Assembly: GCA_964640155.1 (NCBI GenBank)
Contig: CAZXEQ010000005.1
Location: 60,001-92,000, forward strand
Source of the DNA: an uncultured bacterium
GTDB lineage: Bacteria; Auribacterota; JACPWU01
Length of the DNA: 32,000 bases
Reading direction: 5' to 3'
In this document: one piece after another, positions 1-8,553 of the stretch
How the letters are laid out: every line of letters begins with the position of its first letter
How positions within the stretch are numbered: the stretch's first letter is position 1
Notes under the pieces: generated by a model
Databases searched by the model: none
What the model was told of the DNA's origin: nothing
Seen by the model: the letters and a program-made list of their open reading frames with translations, nothing else
Program-made: the position numbers and the translations under genes

Positions 1-210
1 GCATCTCTTCCTGAAATTCTGGGAGAATCTGCTTTCTGGATCAATCCCCAAGAAGTGGAAAATATTGCAAGTGCCTTTGAAAAACTGGCACAAAATCCCT
101 CTCTCAGGAAAGAGCTGATTCAAAAAGGATTTGAGCAAGTGAAAAATTTTTCTTGGGAAAAAACAGCTGAAAAAACATTAAAAGTCTATTTAAAAGCCCT
201 TCAGTCATAA
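1..210 (+). CDS. Glycosyltransferase (GT-B/GT4-like), C-terminal fragment; 5' end outside window
   Basis: Frame 1 is open from the window edge to TAA at 208-210. The translation ASLPEILGESAFWINPQEVENIASAFEKLAQNPSLRKELIQKGFEQVKNFSWEKTAEKTLKVYLKALQS looks like the usual C-terminal tail of GT4 enzymes. Confidence 0.6.
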   Translation, partial: ASLPEILGESAFWINPQEVENIASAFEKLAQNPSLRKELIQKGFEQVKNFSWEKTAEKTLKVYLKALQS

Positions 211-229
211 AATAATATAAAGGCTACTG

Positions 230-1549
230 CTAACGGGTTAAAATTGCTTTATATTCCTTTTCCACATCCTTCACGTATTGATCCGTCGTACGTACTCTTA
301 GTTGAGAATGTTCGTATATTTTCGATAGCATTTTTGGATTTTTCAATATTTCCTCTAATAATAAACTCAAGGCTTGTACATCTCCTGGAGTAAAAGAATA
401 TCCTTGCACGTTCTCAGCAACCAATTCTGTCATTCCTTCCAAGCGACTGATTAAGACAGGAGTTCCTGCAGATAAAGCTGAACATAAGACAAGTGGCGCA
501 CTTTCATACCATATCGATGGAATAATCAAAGCATGAATATTTATTAAAGTTTTTCCCATATTTTCATGAGGGAAAATTCCTTTAAAAATAACACTTTGCC
601 CCAAAGACTTTGCCTTTTCTTGAAGCATTTTACAAAAAGAATTCTCTTTAAGTTCACCGTAAATCTCAAACTGAACTTTCTTCCCGTTCTCTCCTAGTCG
701 TGACAATGCTTCCAAAATAAGATGAGGGCCTTTCACTTCTGAAAGCGTTCCTATGAAACCTAATTTTAAAGGAATTGTTTCACTAAAAGAATCTGGGATA
801 GAGATAGGTTCAGGTAAAAAACCCACATCCACGCCTGTTTCCACAACTTTCACAAGATTTTTAAGAACCCCATGGCGAATCAAAATGTCAGACAAGAACT
901 TTGTTTCTGTTAGCACCCGATTGGAAGCATTAACGCAATTCACCATAAAACCCAGTCGATGGCTTAAAGAATAAAGAGACTGTAAACGTCTGGAAATATA
1001 TCTTAAAGGGGTATTAGCAATCTTTAACAACCATCGAGCTATCCCATAAGAAACAGGTCGATAACATCGCACACAATTTGTCCCATCTCCAGGCCCTTCA
1101 CAAACCTTTTTTTCATACGTTCTAAATAATGTAATTTTTGGACAAACAGTCCAATAGTCGGTTGGGGTAAAAACCACAGGAATTCCCATCCCTTTGATTT
1201 CTGGAATGATCTTTGCAGAAAATCCCATGATATGATTCAAGTGAACCAGATCAGGACGAACGCTTAAGAGTAATTTTTTGACAAGTTGAATACGGTGAGA
1301 CATTTCCAAGTGAGGAGCAATAATATTTTCATTACCTATTAATCCAAAATGAAGTCGATGAACTTGAAAATCATCATAGATATCTTTGGACAGCCAGGGC
1401 TCTTTCCCTCCCGTGTTTTCCTCTTCACAAGTAAGGATTTGAACTGAATGTCCTAATTTTCTTAAACCCCTGGCTAATTCTAAAGAAAGAACCTCTGTTC
1501 CTGCACGACTCTTTGGGAAAAATTGATGAACTCCAATTAAAATTTTCAT
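230..1549 (-). CDS. Glycosyltransferase, GT4 family (GT-B fold)
   Basis: 439-aa ORF with ATG at 1549. N-terminal MKILIGVHQFFPKSRAGTEV and C-terminal SAGTPVLISRLEGMTELVAENVQGY are typical GT4 donor-binding motifs. Sits in a polysaccharide cluster. Confidence 0.8.
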   Translation of the reverse strand: MKILIGVHQFFPKSRAGTEVLSLELARGLRKLGHSVQILTCEEENTGGKEPWLSKDIYDDFQVHRLHFGLIGNENIIAPHLEMSHRIQLVKKLLLSVRPDLVHLNHIMGFSAKIIPEIKGMGIPVVFTPTDYWTVCPKITLFRTYEKKVCEGPGDGTNCVRCYRPVSYGIARWLLKIANTPLRYISRRLQSLYSLSHRLGFMVNCVNASNRVLTETKFLSDILIRHGVLKNLVKVVETGVDVGFLPEPISIPDSFSETIPLKLGFIGTLSEVKGPHLILEALSRLGENGKKVQFEIYGELKENSFCKMLQEKAKSLGQSVIFKGIFPHENMGKTLINIHALIIPSIWYESAPLVLCSALSAGTPVLISRLEGMTELVAENVQGYSFTPGDVQALSLLLEEILKNPKMLSKIYEHSQLRVRTTDQYVKDVEKEYKAILTR

Positions 1550-1562
1550 TTTTAATTACTTT

Positions 1563-2486
1563 TTAAAAGTTAAAACGTGATTTTATTTTTTTGACGTATC
1601 TTTTCATTTTTAATAAAACTTTTGAATGAAATCGGCATGCCCATTGATCCATAACATCTTGCGCATATAGATTTGCCTCTGACCAATATTCACGAGAAAT
1701 GAGTTCTTGAAAAAGCAAGCGCTGAATCTGAATGAGACGCTGATCCGCTAAATTCTGAATGGAACGATAAAAATCAGGATAATCCTGCAATATATCCAAA
1801 CTACTTTTTAACAATGCTTTATAAAGCTCTTGTTTGTTTTTTGATTTGGATCCTGCATGCCATCGAATCCAGGCACTAGAAGTCGGACAATAAACAGCTT
1901 GGCATTCCAAAGCAACGCGCTGTAGAAAATCAGAATCCTCATTCCATTTAAGATTTTCTCTGAATCTTCTATCCTTGACAATCTGTGCTCTATAGAGAAT
2001 CGCCGAAGATTTTGCTTCGCATGTTAAAAAATGTTGAATAGCAAATTGATCAGGACATCCAGCAGCTGCAACCTTTTGCATTTGCTCACGCTGGGTTTCT
2101 TCGTCAAAAAGAATATGATCGGCATAAGTAAATCCAGCCTTGGGATTCTTGTCCAAAAGATTAATCTCTCGAAATAATTTCCCAGGCAAAAACCGATCGT
2201 CCGAATCTAAAAAGCAAACATAGCCTACTGTATGTGCTTGTTCCAATCCTATATTCCTTGCACTGGCACATCCTCCATTTTCTTTTTTTAAATAGAAAAT
2301 TTCCTGGGGGTGTTCATTTACAAACTTTCTACAAACTTGGTCTGTATGATCTGTCGATCCATCATCGACAATCATTATTTTTTTATGGGGATAATCTTGG
2401 GTCAAAACACTTTGAATCGCCTCAGGCAATAGTTTTTGCCGGTTGTAAGTTGGGATAATGATTAAAACTGTTTTTGAATCAATCAT
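1563..2486 (-). CDS. Glycosyltransferase, GT2 family
   Basis: The tracked ORF runs to 2618, but its first 44 codons read through a GC-rich repeat element. The GT2 signature begins right after Met45 (MIDSKTVLIIIPTYNRQKLL...DDGSTD...DSDD), so I place the start at ATG 2486. A -10-like TATTAA lies 7 nt upstream. Confidence 0.8.
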   Translation of the reverse strand: MIDSKTVLIIIPTYNRQKLLPEAIQSVLTQDYPHKKIMIVDDGSTDHTDQVCRKFVNEHPQEIFYLKKENGGCASARNIGLEQAHTVGYVCFLDSDDRFLPGKLFREINLLDKNPKAGFTYADHILFDEETQREQMQKVAAAGCPDQFAIQHFLTCEAKSSAILYRAQIVKDRRFRENLKWNEDSDFLQRVALECQAVYCPTSSAWIRWHAGSKSKNKQELYKALLKSSLDILQDYPDFYRSIQNLADQRLIQIQRLLFQELISREYWSEANLYAQDVMDQWACRFHSKVLLKMKRYVKKIKSRFNF

Positions 2487-2523
2487 AAGTTTTTTAATAA
2501 ATGAGATATTTATTTGAAAAAAT

Positions 2524-2627
2524 AGCGGGTCCTGCCACTCGTCAGCCCCACCGTGCTCACTAAAAGTTGCGCGCGGCGGGGCTCCCCGCCGAGTGTCACC
2601 CGCGCTTATGAAGAACACATTTAATAA
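2524..2627. repeat. Mosaic copy of a structured intergenic repeat family, with an extra GC-rich hairpin
   Basis: It shares the blocks CTCGT(T)CA, ACC[A/G]TGCTCACT (2550-2561 vs 6170-6181) and CACATT(C)TAATAA (2616-2627 vs 6199-6211) with the 6085-6211 element, in the same orientation. It carries a perfect hairpin CGGCGGGG-CT-CCCCGCCG at 2574-2591. Confidence 0.5.
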
Positions 2628-3442
2628 TATGATTTTTTATTTAGAAAAACAGGTTTACGAATAATGGCCAAGTAATTAACTCTCAAAAAAGGTAAATATG
2701 ATAATAACATGGCCAAACCATAAGATTTTTCAGCCACTCGAGATAGTTTAAAGTCTAAAGATAAACTCTGACACAACATTTCTCCCTTTGAGAAAAGACT
2801 TTGAATTTCAGAAATTTCAAAAGGTTTTATAGGAGTTGGATGTTGAACAGATTCTGATGAAATTTGGATTTTTTTCTTAACTCCCTTTAAAGCACGTAAA
2901 AAAACAATCGTGTAACCATAAATTTTGAGTAAGGCCCTTACAGCAAAAGGAGTTGGTCGAACATCATAAAAAAGAATAGTCCCTCCAGGACGCAAGACAC
3001 GCCACATTTCTTGCGCAAGTTGCTCGCGCATTTGGAAATTTAAAATAGAACTCATGCAAGTAAATTGCATCACCAAATCAAATTGCTCATTCAAAAGAGG
3101 AAGATGAGCCCCATCTGCTTGTAGAAACTGAATGCTCGTATATCTTTCTTTTCCATACCTAAGTCGGTTCTCCATTAAATCTACACCGACAGCTTCTTTG
3201 GCTCCAAATTCCAGAAATCTTTGTAAAATATGTCCATTGCCACATCCTACTTCTAAAACTTTGGATTTTGATAAATCTATTTTTACTTTCTTCAAAGATT
3301 TTAGAATGGCTCTTTCCCTTTCTTGCATATGAAAAAGAAAAGCTGGATTTGTATATGTATATGGGTTAGATAAATTCAAAGCGTCGCGTCTGGTATATTC
3401 ATTGCGAAGGCGATGGGTCTCTTCATTAAATGAAAGGTTCAT
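2621..3442 (-). CDS. Class I SAM-dependent methyltransferase
   Basis: Motif I VLEVGCGNGHIL and post-motif LRPGGTILFYD. ATGA start/stop overlap with the upstream GT4 (3439-3442). Confidence 0.75.
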   Translation of the reverse strand: MNLSFNEETHRLRNEYTRRDALNLSNPYTYTNPAFLFHMQERERAILKSLKKVKIDLSKSKVLEVGCGNGHILQRFLEFGAKEAVGVDLMENRLRYGKERYTSIQFLQADGAHLPLLNEQFDLVMQFTCMSSILNFQMREQLAQEMWRVLRPGGTILFYDVRPTPFAVRALLKIYGYTIVFLRALKGVKKKIQISSESVQHPTPIKPFEISEIQSLFSKGEMLCQSLSLDFKLSRVAEKSYGLAMLLSYLPFLRVNYLAIIRKPVFLNKKSYY

Positions 3443-4581
3443 GAATTTATTAACTCCTGATAAATTTCTGCCAAACGCTCCCCTTGCTTTCTGGCATTAT
3501 ATTCTTCTTCAATATGTCGCCTTGCAGCATTTAAAATTTTTGGCCACTCATCCAAATGCTCCTCCCACCAAACTAGATTAGAAGCAATCCCTTCAACATC
3601 ATGCTCGTTCGATAATAATCCTGTCTGACCATGCTCAATCGCTTCAGGAATATCGCAGTGACGTGTACTCACCACTGGCATTCCACTGGCCATCATTTGA
3701 AGAAGAACCACGGGAAGTCCCCCTTCAGTATCCTGATCAGAAGCTGTCACACTAGGAGCAAGAAAAATGTGATGGCGATACGCCTCTTCAAACAAACGAT
3801 GACGAGGTTGATAACTTAACAATCGAACTTTTTCAGAAAGGCCATTGTCATCAATCGCTTTAAGAATTTTCTTTTTTTCATTCTGACTTCTTTCCTCCTC
3901 ATTGGCATCCCCGATCAGCGTAATTTCTAATACAATCTTTTGCTGAACTTTTCCTAAAGCCTTTAAAGCATCAGGAATCCCCTTTTTCTCCTGAAATGAA
4001 GAAGCTATCAATACCCTCAAAGGCTCCTCTTTATTCCATATTCTTGGCTTAAACGAGATTTCATCTAAATCGACTCCTAGATGGTAAATTCGAATCTTCT
4101 CTTTTGAACAACCTAATTTCATCAGGCTTTCTGACATATGCTTTCCTTCGCATAAAACACGATCTGCTCTTTCAAAAAGTTCATGATAACGCTCTTTCCA
4201 ACACGTTTCTAAAGCAGGAAGATAATTCACATCAAAGCCATAAAAAGAAACGATATGCTTCAAACTTGTATTTTTTAAAATTTTACTATCTTGCCACCCC
4301 ACATTTCCAAAATGAGAATGCAAGCAATCTCCCCTATATTTTTGAATGGTTTTTAGAAAAAAAGAGGAATAATTCTGTCGCCCCCATTTTTTTAAAAAGC
4401 TTGGAACCCAATCCCGTGTATTGCTAGACACATGTATTTTAGATAAAGCAAATTGATCCAAATTCTCAGTTTTCTCACAAATAACATGACACTCAATGGA
4501 TGAGGGAAGAAATCGGACCTGATCATACATCCAATTTTGAGTTAAAGGCAACCATGTCGGAAAACTATGGAAAACAATCAT
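3439..4581 (-). CDS. Glycosyltransferase, GT4 family (WcaL-like)
   Basis: 380-aa ORF. C-terminal block FLAPSVTASDQDTEGGLPVVLLQMMASGMPVVSTRHCDIPEAIEHGQTGLL is a typical GT4 nucleotide-sugar binding region. Confidence 0.8.
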   Translation of the reverse strand: MIVFHSFPTWLPLTQNWMYDQVRFLPSSIECHVICEKTENLDQFALSKIHVSSNTRDWVPSFLKKWGRQNYSSFFLKTIQKYRGDCLHSHFGNVGWQDSKILKNTSLKHIVSFYGFDVNYLPALETCWKERYHELFERADRVLCEGKHMSESLMKLGCSKEKIRIYHLGVDLDEISFKPRIWNKEEPLRVLIASSFQEKKGIPDALKALGKVQQKIVLEITLIGDANEEERSQNEKKKILKAIDDNGLSEKVRLLSYQPRHRLFEEAYRHHIFLAPSVTASDQDTEGGLPVVLLQMMASGMPVVSTRHCDIPEAIEHGQTGLLSNEHDVEGIASNLVWWEEHLDEWPKILNAARRHIEEEYNARKQGERLAEIYQELINS

Positions 4582-4591
4582 CTTTAGATCA

Positions 4592-6043
4592 TTACCTTCC
4601 TTGAGATTTTTTAAAATGTATAAGTTTTATAATTTCTTGCCATCCCTTACGATCCATTCTATAACTTGCAAAGACATAAACCAAACTTCCACCTAAAACA
4701 AGAATGATCAGAATCCAAAGAGAAGAGAGAGTTGAAGGTAATATCATCCTTATTAAAAATATTGCACCCATCATCAAAAGGCTGTTGAGAAAAGGGAAAG
4801 CAAGTTCCTTAAGCAAGTCAAGAAAACTTAAATGAATCAATTTAAATGGAATGAGAAAACTCGGAATCGCTAACAAAAAAGAAACTGTAGTATAAGCTGT
4901 GGCTACACCTAGCACACCCCAATTCAAGCCTAATATAAATGCAAAAATCGTGACAATCCCTGCAAACAGTCCCCAACGAAATAACCAGTCTGTACGTCCC
5001 TTCGCTTGATAAATAATACCTACCGTTGTTCCAATCGATTGTATTAAACCTACAGGAGCAAGAATCATCAACAACCCTATCATCGGAGTCCAACGAGGCC
5101 CAAATACAGCCAAAACTAAAGGGCGAGCTAATACCATCAAAGCAATCATAGCGGGAAAAGTAATCATGGCAATTGTATGCGCAATTTTTAAATAAACTCT
5201 TCGAAAACGTTCGAGATCATCTTGAATTTCAGAATAGAGGGGTAAAAGAACACGCCCTACTACAGAATAAACTGATTGTATGGGATAGAACATGATGCGA
5301 TATGCCAAAGCATAATACCCCAAAGCCTCTGCTCCCAAAAATCGTCCAATCAAAAAATTATCCATATTCCTTGCTAAATAACTGAACAAGTTAAAGCCTG
5401 TAAGATTTAGACTAAAATCTCTAATCATACTCATATGTTGACGAGCAAAAATCCAGCGTGGTTTCCAAGAGCTAAAAAGCCATAATAAACTGGTCATCAT
5501 AATTGTGCTCACCAAAGTCTGATAAACCAAACTCCAAACACTATACCCCTTTAACGCAAATCCAATCGCTACGATAGCTCCCGCCAGGGTTGAAACAATT
5601 TCGAAAAGGGCCAATCGATTAAAGGCTAATTTTTTTTCAAATAAAGATTGGTGAACAACCCCTAATCCTGAGAAAAAAAATGTAAGGCAGAGCACTCTAA
5701 GAATAGGAACCACACGAGGCTCATGATAAAAAAGACCTATACAGAAAGAAAGACTCCAAATAATCAACATTGCTAAAAAACCAATTCCAGCATTTAACCA
5801 AAAAATACTGGATAAAGTTTCTTCAGAAATATCTTTTTTTTGAATCACTGCTGCAGAAGTCCCTAAATCTTTAAACAAAGTCACAAAACCTGTAATAACA
5901 ATAGCCATCCCCACCAAACCAAAATCGCTTGGAGAAAGCAATCGAACTAAAACAAGCGTCGTTCCCCATTGAACGATTTGACGTCCAAATTGAGAAACGG
6001 AAGTCCACTTAATGCCTGAAACAGTACGACTTGAGAGAGTCAT
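4592..6043 (-). CDS. MOP-superfamily polysaccharide/O-unit flippase (Wzx-like)
   Basis: 483-aa, highly hydrophobic multi-span protein. N-terminus GIKWTSVSQFGRQIVQWGTTLVLVRLLSPSDFGLVGMA is typical of PST/Wzx-type polysaccharide biosynthesis proteins. Confidence 0.75.
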   Translation of the reverse strand: MTLSSRTVSGIKWTSVSQFGRQIVQWGTTLVLVRLLSPSDFGLVGMAIVITGFVTLFKDLGTSAAVIQKKDISEETLSSIFWLNAGIGFLAMLIIWSLSFCIGLFYHEPRVVPILRVLCLTFFFSGLGVVHQSLFEKKLAFNRLALFEIVSTLAGAIVAIGFALKGYSVWSLVYQTLVSTIMMTSLLWLFSSWKPRWIFARQHMSMIRDFSLNLTGFNLFSYLARNMDNFLIGRFLGAEALGYYALAYRIMFYPIQSVYSVVGRVLLPLYSEIQDDLERFRRVYLKIAHTIAMITFPAMIALMVLARPLVLAVFGPRWTPMIGLLMILAPVGLIQSIGTTVGIIYQAKGRTDWLFRWGLFAGIVTIFAFILGLNWGVLGVATAYTTVSFLLAIPSFLIPFKLIHLSFLDLLKELAFPFLNSLLMMGAIFLIRMILPSTLSSLWILIILVLGGSLVYVFASYRMDRKGWQEIIKLIHFKKSQGR

Positions 6044-6084
6044 ATAAAAGCTTTCTTATCTTTATAAAAAGGCTACAGCTATCA

Positions 6085-6211
6085 TTATTAGAATGTTCGA
6101 ATACGTTGGTTTGTCCCTGCGAGCCAAACCAACTCAAAGGAGCTCTCGTTCATCCCGATAAATCGGGATACCATGCTCACTCGAGCTCCAATGGTTCTCA
6201 CATTCTAATAA
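6085..6211. repeat. Structured palindromic intergenic element (full-length copy, 127 bp)
   Basis: Perfect 12-bp terminal inverted repeat TTATTAGAATGT/ACATTCTAATAA. Internal hairpins are GTTGGTTTG/CAAACCAAC (6105-6113/6125-6133), GGAGCTC/GAGCTCC (6139-6145/6183-6189) and ATCCCGA-TAAA-TCGGGAT (6152-6169). Confidence 0.7.
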
Positions 6212-6227
6212 CGATTTATTTCATAAA

Positions 6228-6887
6228 TTATTTTTTTCTGACAATAATCATATACATCCAAGTCCACTCTTCAGAATGATCCAATTTATTCAAAACAAAA
6301 GAGATGAGTTGAATTATTACCCCTATAAAAGGAATAATACCCAACCAACGCAAAGGACCTTTGTTAAAACGATACAGGTAATAAACAAAAAGCTGTCCGA
6401 ATGTCACCCAAAAACCAGACAGAGCTTTTATTTCAATCACTTCAAACCCTGTTTTTTCAAAAAGATATTTCAACCCATGTTTTGTAAATCTAAAAAAATC
6501 CCTGGGTTCTTCGTGAGGATGCCAAATGAAAGGAACACTATAAATAGCTACTCCACCTGGTTTCAATACTCTATGACATTCTCTCAACGCTTGCTCAGGT
6601 TCTTCTAAATGTTCTAAAACAGACGTGCATAAAGCCGAATCAAAACTCACATTTTCACAAGGAATTTGATAAGCCGTTCCAAACAAATCAACTTGAGATG
6701 AATCATGCAGGGTCTCATGATGATCCACACCTACATGCTCAGAAACATAACCAGAAAGGAGGCTTTGATAAGGTTTCGTCGCACAACCAATATCAATAAG
6801 ACGTCCCCGAAAATATTTTGAGGCGTAAATCTTTAACGCTTGATCATGAATATGATTTACCAAACGATTCATCAGCTCACGTGCCAT
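6228..6887 (-). CDS. SAM-dependent methyltransferase with C-terminal membrane segment
   Basis: Motif I LIDIGCATKPY, then VLEHLEEPEQAL and LKPGGVAIYSVPF. Hydrophobic tail. Its ATG overlaps the upstream stop (TAATG at 6885-6889). Confidence 0.7.
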   Translation of the reverse strand: MARELMNRLVNHIHDQALKIYASKYFRGRLIDIGCATKPYQSLLSGYVSEHVGVDHHETLHDSSQVDLFGTAYQIPCENVSFDSALCTSVLEHLEEPEQALRECHRVLKPGGVAIYSVPFIWHPHEEPRDFFRFTKHGLKYLFEKTGFEVIEIKALSGFWVTFGQLFVYYLYRFNKGPLRWLGIIPFIGVIIQLISFVLNKLDHSEEWTWMYMIIVRKK

Positions 6888-7561
6888 TAGTCAGATTCCT
6901 TTGGAAAAGAAGCATATGAAACATGGTTGTTATAGATTTTTCTAGCATCCAAAATAACTTTGTTCCAATTTGATCCTAAAACCAAATGTTCCAAATATTT
7001 TACAAATGTTTTTGCTGCTCTTTTAGCAATCATCTTATCTAAAGCCTCAGGATCACAAATCCCCTCTATTGCTATTTCTTCTTGAAAAATAATTTCTCCA
7101 GTATCAATTTTCTCTGTTACCTGATGAAAACTATAACCTGTTTTATTTTCATTATTTTGAATACACCAATAAGAAGGTACAGGCCCTCGGTAAAAAGGCA
7201 GTATAGAAGGATGAATATTAATTAGACTTTTAAACCTCTCAATGGTTTTACAATCAAATATTTGATTAAATCCTGCAATCACCCCAAAATCATCTAAATT
7301 TATTTTTTTACGAAAAAACCAAGAATTAACATTTCTTGCCAACAAAAAGTCTAACCCTGTTTCATTTTCGAATGTTTTTTTCCTATTCTTATTTCTTCTC
7401 CACTCTTTAACATAAGACTGTATTCTTCTAAAAAAATTTTTCGATTGACTCACAGGATCAGAATAAACAACTATGATTTTTATCTTATGAGCCTTGTGAA
7501 AATCATGTGCGGCTTTTAAAAAAGCCTCTCCGTACCCTTCATTGCAAAAAAGATAAATCAT
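6887..7561 (-). CDS. Formyltransferase-family protein (likely sugar N-formyltransferase)
   Basis: INIHPSILPFYRGPVPSYWCI...KTGYSFHQVTEKIDTGEIIF matches the formyl_trans_N catalytic core (Asn-x-His, SLLP-x-x-RG, DTG Asp). ATGA overlap with the upstream gene at 7558-7561. Confidence 0.65.
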   Translation of the reverse strand: MIYLFCNEGYGEAFLKAAHDFHKAHKIKIIVVYSDPVSQSKNFFRRIQSYVKEWRRNKNRKKTFENETGLDFLLARNVNSWFFRKKINLDDFGVIAGFNQIFDCKTIERFKSLINIHPSILPFYRGPVPSYWCIQNNENKTGYSFHQVTEKIDTGEIIFQEEIAIEGICDPEALDKMIAKRAAKTFVKYLEHLVLGSNWNKVILDARKIYNNHVSYASFPKESD

Positions 7562-8553
7562 CTTTTGAATACCTTTCTTGCTAGAGCAGCATACTTTTTG
7601 AGTATCCCAGTCTTCTCTATTATTTCATGATCTATAAAAGGACAAGGTCGAACTTCAGTTCCAAAACTTTTTTTAAAGGCTTTCACCCCCGTATGAGATC
7701 CACTGGGATTAAAGTCAAACCAGAAATACTTTTTTTCACATGCCTCTTTTATGGCCTCATACATCAAAAGATGAACCGGACGCAAATGAAAATAATTTTT
7801 TAAAGCGGCTCCATGCCAGTAAACCACATGATGTTTTGCATAGAAACATAATGCCCCAGCCACAACCCTTTCCTCGCACTTAGCAAGCCACAATTTGATA
7901 TAAGGCGAATTTTTTCGAAGCATTTCTTCAAATAATTCAAAACGGTATTGGGATGAAGCTCTATCTCCCCACCTTTTTAAAGAATCTTCGTACACATGAA
8001 AATAATCCTTCCACTCATTTGAGGTAGAGGCAATATGAACACTGACTCCCAACTTTTTTGCCTGATGAACATCTGCACGATGCCCCTTTGTCCATTTTGA
8101 GAAAACAGCATCAAAGCCTTCCTGAAGATCAATGACTTGAGTTATATCGTCTTGAAAAGAAGAAAGTGAAAGCTCCACTAAAGATCCCTCATAGGGATTA
8201 AGCCTTAGAAAAATAGTCTGAAATTGATTTAAAAGAGAATGAATCAATAAATTTCTATGCTGAATTGAAAGAGGTTCTACTGACAGCCAACCTCCAAAAG
8301 TATCTGCAGGAGAGGAAATATACTTTTGGGGTATTGAACCATCCCCGTCCCTTACGGAAAAAGGGAGTAAAACTTCTTTCCCATCAGAAAAAAGAACCAT
8401 CTGAGCGTTTGGCTGCATGTTCCCATTCGTATAAAATTTCCAAATTTGGGCCCATTCTCTTGAATGAAAAAAAGTTGAGTACTCGCAAGCCTTCCAAATC
8501 GAATCCCATTTCTCATCACTGGCCGATTGTATGCGAGTAATGGATAAATTCAT
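7558..8553 (-). CDS. FemAB-like / GNAT-fold acyl- or aminoacyl-transferase
   Basis: C-terminal VVYWHGAALKNYFHLRPVHLLMYEAIKEACEKKYFWFDFNPSG resembles the FemAB/Acetyltransf_6 family. I chose Met11 (ATG 8553) as the start because it forms an ATGA overlap with the DegT stop at 8550-8552. The tracked start is 8583. Confidence 0.55.
   Translation of the reverse strand: MNLSITRIQSASDEKWDSIWKACEYSTFFHSREWAQIWKFYTNGNMQPNAQMVLFSDGKEVLLPFSVRDGDGSIPQKYISSPADTFGGWLSVEPLSIQHRNLLIHSLLNQFQTIFLRLNPYEGSLVELSLSSFQDDITQVIDLQEGFDAVFSKWTKGHRADVHQAKKLGVSVHIASTSNEWKDYFHVYEDSLKRWGDRASSQYRFELFEEMLRKNSPYIKLWLAKCEERVVAGALCFYAKHHVVYWHGAALKNYFHLRPVHLLMYEAIKEACEKKYFWFDFNPSGSHTGVKAFKKSFGTEVRPCPFIDHEIIEKTGILKKYAALARKVFKR

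Noticed and set aside
2524-2606. GC-rich ~83-nt segment with GCGGGT...ACCCGC ends, considered as a tRNA or other small RNA gene
   Set aside because: On either strand I could not fold D- or T-arm consensus (no GTTCGAATC-like T-loop, and no proper 7-bp acceptor stem). It shares blocks with the repeat at 6085-6211, so it is better explained as a repeat copy.
2487-2618. N-terminal 44 codons of the tracked 351-aa ORF (1563..2618)
   Set aside because: The sequence is the GC-rich repeat element read in frame, with an Arg/Gly/Pro-rich composition atypical for this genome. The GT2 fold begins right after Met45, which has a promoter-like context.
6031-6279. 82-aa plus-strand ORF spanning the 6085-6211 element
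   Set aside because: It runs through the palindromic element and into the antisense of the flanking genes. It has no start context or recognisable motif.
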